NCBI GenBank assembly: GCA_965248195.1
Contig: CBDFIQ010000002.1
Location: 672,001 to 736,000, forward strand
Direction of reading: 5' to 3'
From: Longimicrobiales bacterium
GTDB taxonomy: Bacteria; Gemmatimonadota; Gemmatimonadetes; Longimicrobiales; Gaopeijiaceae
Length of the DNA stretch: 64,000 nt
Position numbers and translations under genes: made by a program. Below are positions 47,992 through 57,509 of the stretch, piece after piece. Under the pieces are notes generated by a model. The model was not told where the DNA came from, ran no database searches, and saw nothing but the letters and a program-made list of their open reading frames with translations. Every line of letters begins with the position of its first letter. The first letter of the stretch is position 1.

Positions 47992-48759
47992 TCAGCGACC
48001 CTGCGTCGCGCAGAAGAAGCCCTCCGAGCCCGGACCCCGGGCTCCACTCGACCAGTTCCCGCTGAACGACTCCGCCGTGATTTCGACCACGGTCAGGACG
48101 GCGTAGCCTCCGTCGAAGCGCACGACGTCCCGGCGGTTCGCGTCCGATCCGAGCCGGAGTAGGATGCTCGGACTCGTGCCCGTCTCGCTCTCGATGACCA
48201 ACACGCCCGGGGACGCGGGGTCCTGGCTCGAAAGGCTGCCCACCCGCACCGCACCGACGGCCTCAACGTTCACGTCCGTGCTTCCGAAGAGGGGAGAGGT
48301 CACGCCGGGAATCGAGCCTCCTGCGCTTCCTTCGAATTGACGGAAAGACTCCACCTGAGTGAGGAGTACGAGGGACCCCTGGACCCTGCGCGTCGGGGTG
48401 CCGTCGACCTCCTCGACCATCGTCAGGCGGTAATCACCCACGCGGCCCTCCAGGGAGCCATCGGTCGCCAACACCCCCTCGGGCCGGACACATTCAGGTG
48501 CTGGAGCGCCACCTCCCTCACCGGCTTGCCCGACTCGTGTCGCTGCGTCCCCCGTGCCAGCGACTTGGCTCGGGTCAGCCCTGCCCGTCGCCCCTTCCGC
48601 TGCGGACTCTGCGGCCGGCGGCGGCCGATCGCCATCGGCCGGCGAGCACGCGGCGAACATCAGGAGGGCGATCATCCATCTCGCTACGCCGCCACGCCAC
48701 CGGACAACCCCCCCCGGGCTCACGCAGCCCCCATCAGTCTCGATGGCATGGTACGTCAT
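47992..48759 (-). CDS. Hypothetical lipoprotein
   Basis: FAAC lipobox, low-complexity linker, beta-rich C-terminal domain; coupled to the upstream peptidase gene. Confidence 0.65.
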   Translation of the reverse strand: MTYHAIETDGGCVSPGGVVRWRGGVARWMIALLMFAACSPADGDRPPPAAESAAEGATGRADPSQVAGTGDAATRVGQAGEGGGAPAPECVRPEGVLATDGSLEGRVGDYRLTMVEEVDGTPTRRVQGSLVLLTQVESFRQFEGSAGGSIPGVTSPLFGSTDVNVEAVGAVRVGSLSSQDPASPGVLVIESETGTSPSILLRLGSDANRRDVVRFDGGYAVLTVVEITAESFSGNWSSGARGPGSEGFFCATQGR

Positions 48760-50024
48760 CGCCAGAAAATCGTTCTGATCACGTTACCGGAGCGGTCCAC
48801 CACCTGGATTGGGCCCCGGTACGTATCGTACTCGAGATTGATGACTCTGCGCCCAGCGGCGATCAGGCGGGCCGGGGCCGAAAAGGTCTCGGTGAACGGA
48901 TCGGCTCCTGAACTGTCCACGCTGTATCCGAGGTCGGCCAGAGACTCTGTCGTGATCGCACTCAGGGGATTGGTGACTCCGGGCGTGAGCTCGGGGGTCA
49001 TCAGTTCGAGCCTGAGGACACGCTCTCGCCAGTGCACGTCGGAGGAGCCGACCGCGGCCCCATTCGCGACAGGAACCTTTGCGCCTCCCGTGTACGCCGT
49101 GCCTCCGGCCGCGTCGAACGCGGCGATGGCGGCCGCCCCGGCAAAGTGGGTGTCGGCGCTGGAGTTGGCCGGGAGCGAAGGGTTGACCAGAAGGGTTTCG
49201 AAGTTTTCCCACAAGGTTCCGATGCCCAGGACGTGCCCCATCTCGTGGAGGATTACGTCCACGAGATCACCATCCTCTTCCAATCGAGTCACGTCGGCAG
49301 CATCGAGTCGCATGAACCCGAGCACCGGCAACTGAGATGTCGTTCGAATCTGGCAGGGTCCGGCTTGTCCGAGTGTCCCGAAGGGTCCGTCTATCGGCGT
49401 GACATCGACGTAGACTCGGAGGTCATCGATCGTGCCGGAAACCGCTGGTTGACCCCGGATACACATGTTAGCGGGAACGGGGTTGGACGAGAAATCGACG
49501 TCGTTGAGTTCGCCCTGCAGGATATTCATCCATCGGTCGGCGGCACCGAGAAAAGTCGCGTCCTGGCTCGGTGTTCCGTGGGTGATGAAAACGAGCTCGA
49601 TATCGAAATCCGTTGCGACTGCCGAAAAGGCGGCTTCGGCTCCAGAGTTCGTCACTGCGGAAACCGTCACCTCCTGCGGCCCCTCCTGATTCCCTACGGT
49701 CCATGTGGATGACGCCATCCCCTGCCCGTTCGTCTTCACCGCCGTCGCGCTCAACGAGCCTCCCCCCTGCACCACGCTGAAGAGCAAGTCCACGTTCGCC
49801 ACCGTAATTCCGAGGGCGTCGGACGTCCGCACCACGAGGTCCTGTGGTAAGGTCTCCCCGAGCCTGGCGGATTGCCCATCGCCGGAGACGATGGTTACGT
49901 CGATGAGATCGGCCGGATCCGTCCCTCCGTCACCACAGCTCACAAGGGTAAAAGACAATGCAAGGCTTAGGAGAAGCTGCTTGGAGTGGGGGTACAGCGG
50001 CACTGGTCTAGTCCTTCCGATCAT
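48756..50024 (-). CDS. Leishmanolysin-like (M8) zinc metallopeptidase lipoprotein with Ig-like domain
   Basis: LVSC lipobox, SGDGQ Ig-like domain, LGQAGPC, HEMGHVLGIG, HWRE, ELMTP, LADLGY. Confidence 0.87.
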   Translation of the reverse strand: MIGRTRPVPLYPHSKQLLLSLALSFTLVSCGDGGTDPADLIDVTIVSGDGQSARLGETLPQDLVVRTSDALGITVANVDLLFSVVQGGGSLSATAVKTNGQGMASSTWTVGNQEGPQEVTVSAVTNSGAEAAFSAVATDFDIELVFITHGTPSQDATFLGAADRWMNILQGELNDVDFSSNPVPANMCIRGQPAVSGTIDDLRVYVDVTPIDGPFGTLGQAGPCQIRTTSQLPVLGFMRLDAADVTRLEEDGDLVDVILHEMGHVLGIGTLWENFETLLVNPSLPANSSADTHFAGAAAIAAFDAAGGTAYTGGAKVPVANGAAVGSSDVHWRERVLRLELMTPELTPGVTNPLSAITTESLADLGYSVDSSGADPFTETFSAPARLIAAGRRVINLEYDTYRGPIQVVDRSGNVIRTIFWR

Positions 50025-50267
50025 ACGTTTGGAGCGGTATAACGAAGCGTGAGCATGATGTCTAGAATAATGCTCCTCCCTATGTCGGTTCAATCAAAAC
50101 CCCGGGACCTCCGGGGCACCGGGCCCTTCCACCGTGTATTCCTCGTAAGATGGTGCCTTCCTCGTAGGAAAGGGCCCGGTTCCGCCTTGGCGTCGTGAAG
50201 CCCTGGGGGGGGTCGGATACGTTTCCGCGAGCTATGAAGTTCCACATTTGCCCGCTAAGATGCTGCA

Positions 50268-50987
50268 ATGCTCAGTCAGATGTTCGAGGGTACGGGCCTC
50301 TCCGAAGTCCTCGCCCAAAACCCGCCACTCGCTTTCGTGACCCTGTTCGGTGCAGGCTTGGTGACGAGCCTGACACCCTGCGTTTATCCGATGATCCCGA
50401 TCACCGCTTCCGTGCTTGCGGGATCTGCGAAACAGGGTGCCCCCCGGTCGCGGGTGGTCGGCCTGACGTTCACGTACGCCCTCGGGCTGGCGTTACTCTA
50501 TGCGATGCTCGGACTGGTGGCGGGCCTGACCGGGAGCCTATTCGGCACGGTCAGCGCGAGCCCATGGACCCGATTGGCGATCGGAAATCTGCTCTTGGTG
50601 TTCGGGCTGGCGATGTTCGACGTCATTCCGGTGCGCGTGCCGCAACGCCTCCTGCAGTGGGCCGGGACCGGCCAGGGTGGGTCCTACCCGTCGGTGTTCG
50701 CTCTCGGAGCCGCGTCCGGCGTCGTCGCGGCCCCTTGTGGCGCTCCGGCGTTCGCCGTGGTACTTACATGGGTGGCGGCCACCCAGGCGGGCGCGATGGG
50801 CTTCCTCTACTTGTTCGTCTTCTCCTTCGGAATGACCGCGTTATTGGTTGCTGTCGGCCTCTTTTCCGGGTTCGGGGCGGCGCTGCCGGCTGCGGGCCCA
50901 TGGATGGTGTGGATCAAAAAGGGGGCCGCAGTGATTATGCTAGTGATGGCTCAATATTACTTCGTCCAGGTGGGGATGGTATTGTGA
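50268..50987 (+). CDS. ccdA: CcdA/DsbD-beta transmembrane electron transporter
   Basis: SLTPCVYPMIP and AAPCGAP Cys motifs, GPWMVWIK; multiple TM helices. Confidence 0.88.
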   Translation: MLSQMFEGTGLSEVLAQNPPLAFVTLFGAGLVTSLTPCVYPMIPITASVLAGSAKQGAPRSRVVGLTFTYALGLALLYAMLGLVAGLTGSLFGTVSASPWTRLAIGNLLLVFGLAMFDVIPVRVPQRLLQWAGTGQGGSYPSVFALGAASGVVAAPCGAPAFAVVLTWVAATQAGAMGFLYLFVFSFGMTALLVAVGLFSGFGAALPAAGPWMVWIKKGAAVIMLVMAQYYFVQVGMVL

Positions 50988-51574
50988 AAACTGACGACCG
51001 ATTCCGTAACTGGCGCCCCGGGCAGGGCGTCGCGCATCTCGTGAGCGCGGGCGTACTGTTGTTGGGTGCTTACGCTCCCCTCACCGCCACTCTCTCTTTG
51101 GTGGGTGTACTCTCTCCCGCCGCCGCGGTTGCGCAGGAGCGCGGCGAACTTGGGATCGCGTTGGGCGAGCGGCCCGAACTCGTGGAAATGGAGGACTTGG
51201 AGGGCAACAAGATCAGCCTCGCGCAGTATGTCGAAGGGCGCCCGGCGCTCATCGAATTCTGGGCGCGCTGGTGCGAGCTCTGTGAGGCTCTGTACCCACA
51301 GATGGTCGACGTCCACGCCCGTTACGGAGATAGGGTAGGGTTCGTCGCGGTCGCCGTTGCGGTCGCCCAATCCCAGCGCTCGGTCCGGAGGCACCTCGAA
51401 GACGAGCCCGTCGATTTCCCGGTGCTGTGGGACGAGGGTGGTAGGGCCGTGCGTGCCTTCTTGGCTCCCGGGACGTCCTACATCGTGGTCCTGGATGAGG
51501 AGGGGATCGTCGTGTACACGGGGTCCGGAGCCGGACAAGACATCGAGGCGGCGGTCCGGACGGCACTCGACTGA
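50984..51574 (+). CDS. Exported TlpA-family disulfide reductase
   Basis: Signal/anchor, EFWARWCELC, thioredoxin fold; GTGA overlap with ccdA. Confidence 0.88.
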   Translation: MKTDDRFRNWRPGQGVAHLVSAGVLLLGAYAPLTATLSLVGVLSPAAAVAQERGELGIALGERPELVEMEDLEGNKISLAQYVEGRPALIEFWARWCELCEALYPQMVDVHARYGDRVGFVAVAVAVAQSQRSVRRHLEDEPVDFPVLWDEGGRAVRAFLAPGTSYIVVLDEEGIVVYTGSGAGQDIEAAVRTALD

Positions 51575-51623
51575 GCCGACTTCCGGGTTCGTCTCAAGGC
51601 CCCCCGTCACACCGCTCGCCAAA

Positions 51624-51666
51624 CCAAGAAGAGGGCCCGGCCATGATTGCCGGGCCCTCTTCTTGG
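51624..51666. terminator. Bidirectional terminator-like hairpin
   Basis: Perfect 18-bp stem CCAAGAAGAGGGCCCGGC/GCCGGGCCCTCTTCTTGG between convergent genes. Confidence 0.75.
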
Positions 51667-51706
51667 CGGTCTATTGGGGCCGGTTTCTCAAGCCCCCCGG
51701 ACAGAG

Positions 51707-52282
51707 CTATTCTTCAGCGACCTCGGCCACGGCCGCGGCCAACTCCTCGTACGCCGTCGGATCGATTTCACGGAACTGAGACGTGGCCCACGAAACCCGC
51801 CCTTCCGGATCGACAACGACCACCGCCCGACTCTGGGGCATTCCGTTGCCCATTCGACCGACGCCGAAGGCGTCCGCGGCGTCACCCTCCACGTCACTCC
51901 CGAACAGGACCGGGAAATCCGCGTCTGCCGCCCATGACGCCAAAGCCTCCGGAGGGTCGTTGCTTATTGCGAAGATGGTTACGCCTCGTCCGCCTCTGAA
52001 TACGCTTGCGTACTGATCACGGTACGCTTCCATTTGAATTGTTCAGCCAGGCGTTCGCGCTCTGAAGAAGAACGCCAATACCACCACCTCTCCCCGTAAA
52101 TCCGACAAGCGGACCGGATCCTGGAGGACTCCGTAACGTGTAGCGCCCGTGACGGCGAAGTCAGGGGCCATCTCTCCGACGGCGATCATGCCGGATGCGC
52201 CGGCCTGGGCAGCGGCCGGCTGAACGAAAACAGCCAAACCCAGGGCCAGGGCGAACACGAATGCCATCGTGGATGGCCGCAT
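51707..52282 (-). CDS. Exported peroxiredoxin (AhpC/TSA, BCP-like), predicted selenoprotein
   Basis: AAGGAGG RBS, signal peptide, GEMAPDF...VVLAFFFRARTPG-UGA-TIQMEAYRD...AISND...SRAVVVVDPEG. The two track ORFs (52043..52465 and 51707..52033) are in the same frame. Confidence 0.85.
52008..52027 (-). promoter_or_regulatory. Candidate bacterial SECIS hairpin
   Basis: GCGUAC-CGUGAUCA-GUACGC starting 16 nt downstream of the in-frame UGA (52043-52045). Confidence 0.6.
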
Positions 52283-52295
52283 TCGAATCCTCCTT

Positions 52296-52360
52296 TCTTT
52301 GTAAGACGGAAACCTGTCTTTAGTGAGACGGAACCGTGTCTTTGTAAGACAGAAACCCGC
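52296..52360. repeat. Three 21-22 bp tandem units with palindromic core GTCTT-N3-AAGAC
   Basis: tctttgtaagacggaaacctg / tctttagtgagacggaaccgtg / tctttgtaagacagaaacccgc, abutting the peroxiredoxin RBS. Confidence 0.8.
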
Positions 52361-52481
52361 GTCCGGGCGACAGTATACACCCTGAAATCGTGATGCGCAC
52401 GATCCAGCGCAGAGATCCCCCAATGGTGTGCGGAATGGCCGCCGCCGATGCTCGGCCCGAAGCACCTGTCTCTCTCGCTGC

Positions 52482-52925
52482 TCATTCCGCGAGCGGGGAG
52501 ATGTGATATTGGACGACCTTCCACGTCCCCTCGTCCAGCACCCGCGTATCCGAGTATCGCCAGGTGCCCGAAATCAATGCCCCTCCGGGCATCGTTACGG
52601 AGCCCTGCAGAAGCGCGCCGGACACGGCGGTGTTACCGTAGACCCTCACGTTCAGTTCATTCATGACGACGTTCGTTCGGAGACCTGTGAGGTACGCGGC
52701 CTGAAGGGCCAGCGCACTGATCCCGTCGATCATGTTGGATCCGTTGACGAAGAACCCACGAACGTCGTCGTGGAAAAAGCTGACGAAGTTGGCGGCGTCG
52801 CCACTCACCAAGGCCGCCAGAGTCTCCGAGACGTCGGCCCGCACATCGGTCTCCTGGGCACGCGCGGAGCCCGCAACCAGTGAAAACGTCGAGCAGACGA
52901 CGAATATGATGCACCGAGATCTCAC
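52482..52925 (-). CDS. Secreted NTF2-like (DUF4440/SnoaL) protein
   Basis: Signal peptide, VRVYGNTAV, WKVVQYHIS. Confidence 0.82.
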   Translation of the reverse strand: MRSRCIIFVVCSTFSLVAGSARAQETDVRADVSETLAALVSGDAANFVSFFHDDVRGFFVNGSNMIDGISALALQAAYLTGLRTNVVMNELNVRVYGNTAVSGALLQGSVTMPGGALISGTWRYSDTRVLDEGTWKVVQYHISPLAE

Positions 52926-52944
52926 GTGATCACTCCCTTTCCTA

Positions 52945-53004
52945 TCTTTGGATCTTCCTTCGAATCTCTCATGGTCTTTGGCTCTTCCTTCGAATCTCTC
53001 ATGG
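52945..53004. repeat. 30-bp tandem duplication (29/30 identical)
   Basis: TCTTTGG(A/C)TCTTCCTTCGAATCTCTCATGG x2 in a divergent intergenic region. Confidence 0.9.
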
Positions 53005-53038
53005 AGTTTTCTTCAGCGTCTTCGACCACAGGGGCGCC

Positions 53039-55159
53039 GTGATGTTCCGTCCGGCGTGGACTCATCCGAAGGCCCACTGGGTCTCCCTGAGCGTCGCGGC
53101 CGTAGGACTCGGGGCCGTAGGGGTTTGGGTCGATCTTTCCCCGAGGGTGGAAAGCGACTTTTTCTTCTCGGAGGACGACCCCCAGCTTCAGGCGTCTCTC
53201 GAGTTGGACCGACGGTACCCGGGACGGGCGCAGGTAGTCGTGCGGGCGGAGGACATGGCGGGGGATCCCGAGGCGTACCGCGAGTGGATAGGTGAGCTCA
53301 CGGAGGCCTTTTCGGAGGTGGAGGATGTGACGGGCGTCCGCTCGATCACCACCGATGATGCTGCGCCGAGTCCCCTGTTCAGCCGAATCCTTCTGACGCC
53401 GGACGAGGCGGCCACGAACCTCATTCTCAGTGTGGACGCGCCCGATCCCGAACTTCTTCTCCCTCGATTGGAGGCCGTGGTCGAGCGACTCCGTGCGCCC
53501 GGACTGGATGTGGTCATGTCCGGAGTGCCGGTTATCGTCGAGCAGATTCGACGAAATCTGTTTCGCGATCTCGTGGTCTTCAGCCTTTCCTCGCTTCTCC
53601 TGTACGGTCTGCTCGCGGCGCTGATCTATAGAAACGCAGGAATCGTCGTCGGTGCACTGACGACCTGCGTATCCGCATGCGCGGCCACCCTGCTTCTCAC
53701 CCGTTCCATGGGCATCCAGATCGGCCTGCTCACGGCCAACCTCATCACGATCGTCTTCGTGCTGACGCTCTCGCACATCGTCTTTCTGACCGCCAACTGG
53801 CGGCGGGCCGCGACTCTTGGGCTGGCGCCGGATCAGCGGGTGGCCCGGGCCGTGTCGTTGACCCTCGAAGCCTCCTTCTGGTCCATGGCCACGACGCTCA
53901 TGGGATTCCTGAGCCTGTTGGTGGCCTCGGCTCGGCCCTTGAGGGAGTTGGGTATTGCCGGTGCGATCGGTGCGGCGACCGCTCTTGCCGTCGCCTATAC
54001 GATTTTCCCCAGCTTTTTGGGCCGCGGCGCAGAGGGTACCGGAACTGCGGAGTGGTGGTCCGCCGGGATCTCCCGGATCTCGGTCCGGCCGGTGGGCCCA
54101 TTGGCCGTCATCGCTTTTGTGGTCCTCGGGCTGGGGTTTGGTCTTCCGAAGCTCGACACCGACCCGGGTCTCCTCACGTACTTCGCTGAGGATTCCGAGC
54201 TTCGGCGTGGGCTCGAGCAGGTCGATCGAGACGGCGGGAGCAGCACGCTAAACATCGCGATCCACGACGCATCAGGCGCACGCCTCGATGAAAGCGAGGT
54301 CTACGAACGCATGTGGCGTTTTCAGGAGGCGCTGGAGGCGGACTCGGTGGTGGGCGCGGTTCTATCACCTGCGGTGCTGCTGGGGCATGCTCGGACGTTG
54401 CCCCTGGCCGGGTTCTTGAGCCTGAGCACGCTCCTGGATATTGGCGAAACGCCGCAGTTGGATCGGATCACCCTGAGCTTTGTCACGCTGGAAAGGGACG
54501 AGGGGCTCTTTTTCCTCCGAATGAAGGAATCGGTTCAGGAGCCCTCTCGAGAAGCGGTCATGGATCGACTCGAAGGGTACGCGCGCGACGCTGGCCTCGA
54601 CCCCGTACAAATGGGAGGCTTATACGACCTCCAGGCGCAGCTCGGTCGGCTGATCGCCTCGAGCCTCCGGATCGGCCTTGGGGGGCTACTACTCCTGTTC
54701 GTGGGCGTCGCCGTGGTTGTTTCCCGTTCCGCGAGCGTGGCGGCGCTCATGGTGGCGTGTCTCGGCGGGATCCCGCTCGTCGTCCTGGGTACCTTCGGCC
54801 ATCTGGGCGTGGCGGTGGACATCATCACCTCACCGGCGGCGAACGTCGCTTTGGCCATGGGAGTCGACTCGATGATTCACCTGGTGGTGCGGGTCCGGCA
54901 CCTTGGCAGGGGCGGGCTGGATCCTCTGGAGAGCTGGTCCCAGGCTCGAGCCCAGATCATGGGGCCAGTGCTGGCTGCTACGCTCCTTATATGCGTCGGA
55001 TTCGGGATCTTCGGGTTGTCGACGTTTCCACCCACCCGCCGCTTCGGGTTCGCGGTGATCCTTGGCACGATGACGGCTGCCACCATGGCGCTGGTGACGT
55101 TGCCGCTCGCGGTCGAAGCCTTGAGGCGGAGGCCGGCGGAGGAGTCTCAGCCGGCCTGA
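53039..55159 (+). CDS. MMPL/RND family transporter
   Basis: Two repeats of 1 TM + large loop + 5 TM; TTLMGFLSL, MGVDSMIH, FPPTRRFG. Confidence 0.85.
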   Translation: MMFRPAWTHPKAHWVSLSVAAVGLGAVGVWVDLSPRVESDFFFSEDDPQLQASLELDRRYPGRAQVVVRAEDMAGDPEAYREWIGELTEAFSEVEDVTGVRSITTDDAAPSPLFSRILLTPDEAATNLILSVDAPDPELLLPRLEAVVERLRAPGLDVVMSGVPVIVEQIRRNLFRDLVVFSLSSLLLYGLLAALIYRNAGIVVGALTTCVSACAATLLLTRSMGIQIGLLTANLITIVFVLTLSHIVFLTANWRRAATLGLAPDQRVARAVSLTLEASFWSMATTLMGFLSLLVASARPLRELGIAGAIGAATALAVAYTIFPSFLGRGAEGTGTAEWWSAGISRISVRPVGPLAVIAFVVLGLGFGLPKLDTDPGLLTYFAEDSELRRGLEQVDRDGGSSTLNIAIHDASGARLDESEVYERMWRFQEALEADSVVGAVLSPAVLLGHARTLPLAGFLSLSTLLDIGETPQLDRITLSFVTLERDEGLFFLRMKESVQEPSREAVMDRLEGYARDAGLDPVQMGGLYDLQAQLGRLIASSLRIGLGGLLLLFVGVAVVVSRSASVAALMVACLGGIPLVVLGTFGHLGVAVDIITSPAANVALAMGVDSMIHLVVRVRHLGRGGLDPLESWSQARAQIMGPVLAATLLICVGFGIFGLSTFPPTRRFGFAVILGTMTAATMALVTLPLAVEALRRRPAEESQPA

Positions 55160-55253
55160 ACGGGGGCTCCCGAACTGGCAGACTCCGCAACGTCGAGCGG
55201 CCACCCCGAACCCGGGAGTGGCCGCTCCTTTCATCCGGAGGCGTCTCGGACGC

Positions 55254-55925
55254 TCATAACGCGAAGCAGTAGAACAGTCCGTCGCCGCCTGTCCCCTGCA
55301 GGTCCTCCTGACCGCAGCCACTGCTGGAGTGGGCGGAGTTCCATGAGGTCGGGTTGGCGCCGCCACCGGTACGGTCGAAGTGTCCGACCATCGCGCTGCC
55401 TTCCCCGCTGCTCGTCCAGTTGTTACACGTCGTGTCGTCCTCACCCGGGACAACGGTGCCGTCCAGCTGCGACCCCGTCAGGATGTCGTGCCGGTTGGGA
55501 TCGTCGCCTCGGCCGTTGGTCATGCCACCCCGCTCATTGAGCACGGTCTCCTTCGTGAGGTTGTTGTTCTCGCTGTGGAGGTTGGCGACACTGCTCGCGA
55601 CCTGCACGAGGGCCTGGTTGTACCATGGCCCGGTCCCAATCCGGTCACGCGCATTGACCCCCGCGGCGTCGTCCGGGGCCTGCACGCTCAAGTAGGCGTG
55701 CCACAGCGCGTCACTCGCGCCCACCGCATCGGCGAGGGACTGACAGTACCTGTCGGCGCCCTGGACACCTCCCAGGGCGGCACCGTTTCCGGGCCCGGCG
55801 CTGGTGAGGAAAAAGCTCATCGTGGGCTCCGTCGACTCGTCCGCCGGAGCGTCCTCGGCTGAGGGTGCGCACGAGCCGACAGCTGTGGCAATGGTAAGCA
55901 GGCAAAAGACTCTCATTCTCGGCAT
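55254..55925 (-). CDS. Lipoprotein with endostatin/C-type-lectin-like domain
   Basis: VGSC lipobox, GGVQGADRYCQSLA, WHAYLS, NARDRIG, CNNWTS, LFYCFA. Confidence 0.7.
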   Translation of the reverse strand: MPRMRVFCLLTIATAVGSCAPSAEDAPADESTEPTMSFFLTSAGPGNGAALGGVQGADRYCQSLADAVGASDALWHAYLSVQAPDDAAGVNARDRIGTGPWYNQALVQVASSVANLHSENNNLTKETVLNERGGMTNGRGDDPNRHDILTGSQLDGTVVPGEDDTTCNNWTSSGEGSAMVGHFDRTGGGANPTSWNSAHSSSGCGQEDLQGTGGDGLFYCFAL

Positions 55926-55971
55926 GATCTTCCTCTCAGATTTCGAGCGACGGATAACTCCCAATGTCGGA

Positions 55972-56009
55972 AGACCGGCCCTGCGTGCGAGCGCACACAG
56001 GGCCGGTCT
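55972..56009. terminator. Stable hairpin downstream of the NHL gene
   Basis: AGACCGGCCCTG.GTGC / GCAC.CAGGGCCGGTCT stem. Confidence 0.55.
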
Positions 56010-56071
56010 GACGGATACTTCGTGTCGGACCCTACGCGTAGAGTCCCCCAAAGCACCAACTATTTCAGCGT

Positions 56072-57283
56072 TTACATACCACCGTAGGTATGCGTCTCGC
56101 CCGGCCAAAGGGCGCCTTGGTTCGCACTCGGGATCGGGCCGATGCCCAGATAAACGAACTTCTGAAGGCGTGACCCTTCGTACGTTTCGGTCGTGTAGAT
56201 GTTTCCGTCCGAGTCGGTGTCGATGCTGTGCACCGCGAAGAACAGTCCGGGCTGCCGCCCGCCGTCCCCGAAGCTCGTCAGGATTTCCATCGTCTCACGC
56301 AGGATGATGTAGACCTTCATGTTCTGACCGTCGGCCAGGTAGAGGTAGGTCTGGGCTTCGTCCGGCGAGAAGGCGATGTCCCAGGTCGAACCCTGAGAAC
56401 GCGTATTGGGCGCGATATGGACCTCCTGCACGAACGTTCCGTCCAGCTGGAAGACCTGGACCCGGTCCGCCCCACGGTCGCAGACGTACACCAAGCCGTC
56501 GGTGCTCGGTTCGGCGCAGTGCACCGGACCTTGGAACTGCGGCGGAGGAGCCGTTCCGTCCCGGGCGGACCATCGAGTCATGGTCGCGTATTCCTCGTCG
56601 TCCGGTACCTCGCCGTAGGCGCCCCAGAAGCGCTTGAGCGCACCGGTAGTCGCGTCTAGCACTGCGACCCGCCTGTTCCCGTAGCCGTCCGCCACGAACA
56701 ACTCGTTGGTGGCGGGGTGGTTGGAAAGCTTCGCCACCTGCCCGAAGTTCATCTCGTCGAGGCTGTTACGCCCTTCACGCGCATCCGGATCGCCGATCTG
56801 CTTGAGAAACGTGCCATCGGTGGCGAACTGGAGAACGTGCTTGTCGTTGCCCCCGTTCCCGCCGATCCAGATGTTGCCCATGTTGTCGATGGCGAGCCCG
56901 TGGTTCGACTCTGGCCAATCGTATTCACCCGTTTCGCTCGGCCCTCCAAAGGAGGAGATCAGATTTCCCTCCTGATCGAACTCTAAGACCGGTGGTCCCG
57001 GCTGGCAGCACTCACTGACTTCGGAGATAATGCCAATCTCCGTGTTAAGGACAAACTGGTTGAGCGTGTTCCGGTGAACGACCCAGATGTGATCCCGCGC
57101 ATCCACCGCGACACCAATCATCGGTCCCACTAGCCAATGGTTCGGAAGCGGCTGGGGCCAGAGTGGATCCACCTCGAACATGGGGGCCTGACCGCCTGCC
57201 CCAAACGCTGCCTCGCCGGACGTGCACGCGCCCATGGACGCGACCACGGCTACTCCAACGAGAAAATTGAGCGTGCGTTTCAT
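56072..57283 (-). CDS. NHL-repeat beta-propeller lipoprotein (PAL-like)
   Basis: MGAC lipobox, VDPLWP, HIWVVHR, NHGLAID, VADGYGNRR, VHC, YVCDR. Confidence 0.82.
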   Translation of the reverse strand: MKRTLNFLVGVAVVASMGACTSGEAAFGAGGQAPMFEVDPLWPQPLPNHWLVGPMIGVAVDARDHIWVVHRNTLNQFVLNTEIGIISEVSECCQPGPPVLEFDQEGNLISSFGGPSETGEYDWPESNHGLAIDNMGNIWIGGNGGNDKHVLQFATDGTFLKQIGDPDAREGRNSLDEMNFGQVAKLSNHPATNELFVADGYGNRRVAVLDATTGALKRFWGAYGEVPDDEEYATMTRWSARDGTAPPPQFQGPVHCAEPSTDGLVYVCDRGADRVQVFQLDGTFVQEVHIAPNTRSQGSTWDIAFSPDEAQTYLYLADGQNMKVYIILRETMEILTSFGDGGRQPGLFFAVHSIDTDSDGNIYTTETYEGSRLQKFVYLGIGPIPSANQGALWPGETHTYGGM

Positions 57284-57509
57284 CTACCTTCCTCCGTCTC
57301 TGTGCAGGTACCTTGTCGGGGTCGCGGCGGATCACCGGCAAATAGATCCCGAGACCGATCTCAAAAAAAGCCGGCCAACGGGATCATTCCCGACGTGACC
57401 GAGGGTATACGGGCCTCGGTCGCTACCCGATCTAAGTTGCTGTATGTTGGTTCCGCAAGTGCTTTCGGGAAAAAAGACTTTTACCATCACCGCTCGGGAG
57501 AGGACACCA

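Noticed and set aside
52043..52045. TGA as a nonsense mutation or error like the two frameshifts
   Set aside because: It falls exactly on the catalytic residue, both halves are intact and a hairpin follows; recoding is more parsimonious, though unproven.
52296..53004. Short repeats as a CRISPR array
   Set aside because: Units are directly tandem with no unique spacers, only 2-3 copies, and there are no cas genes in the window.
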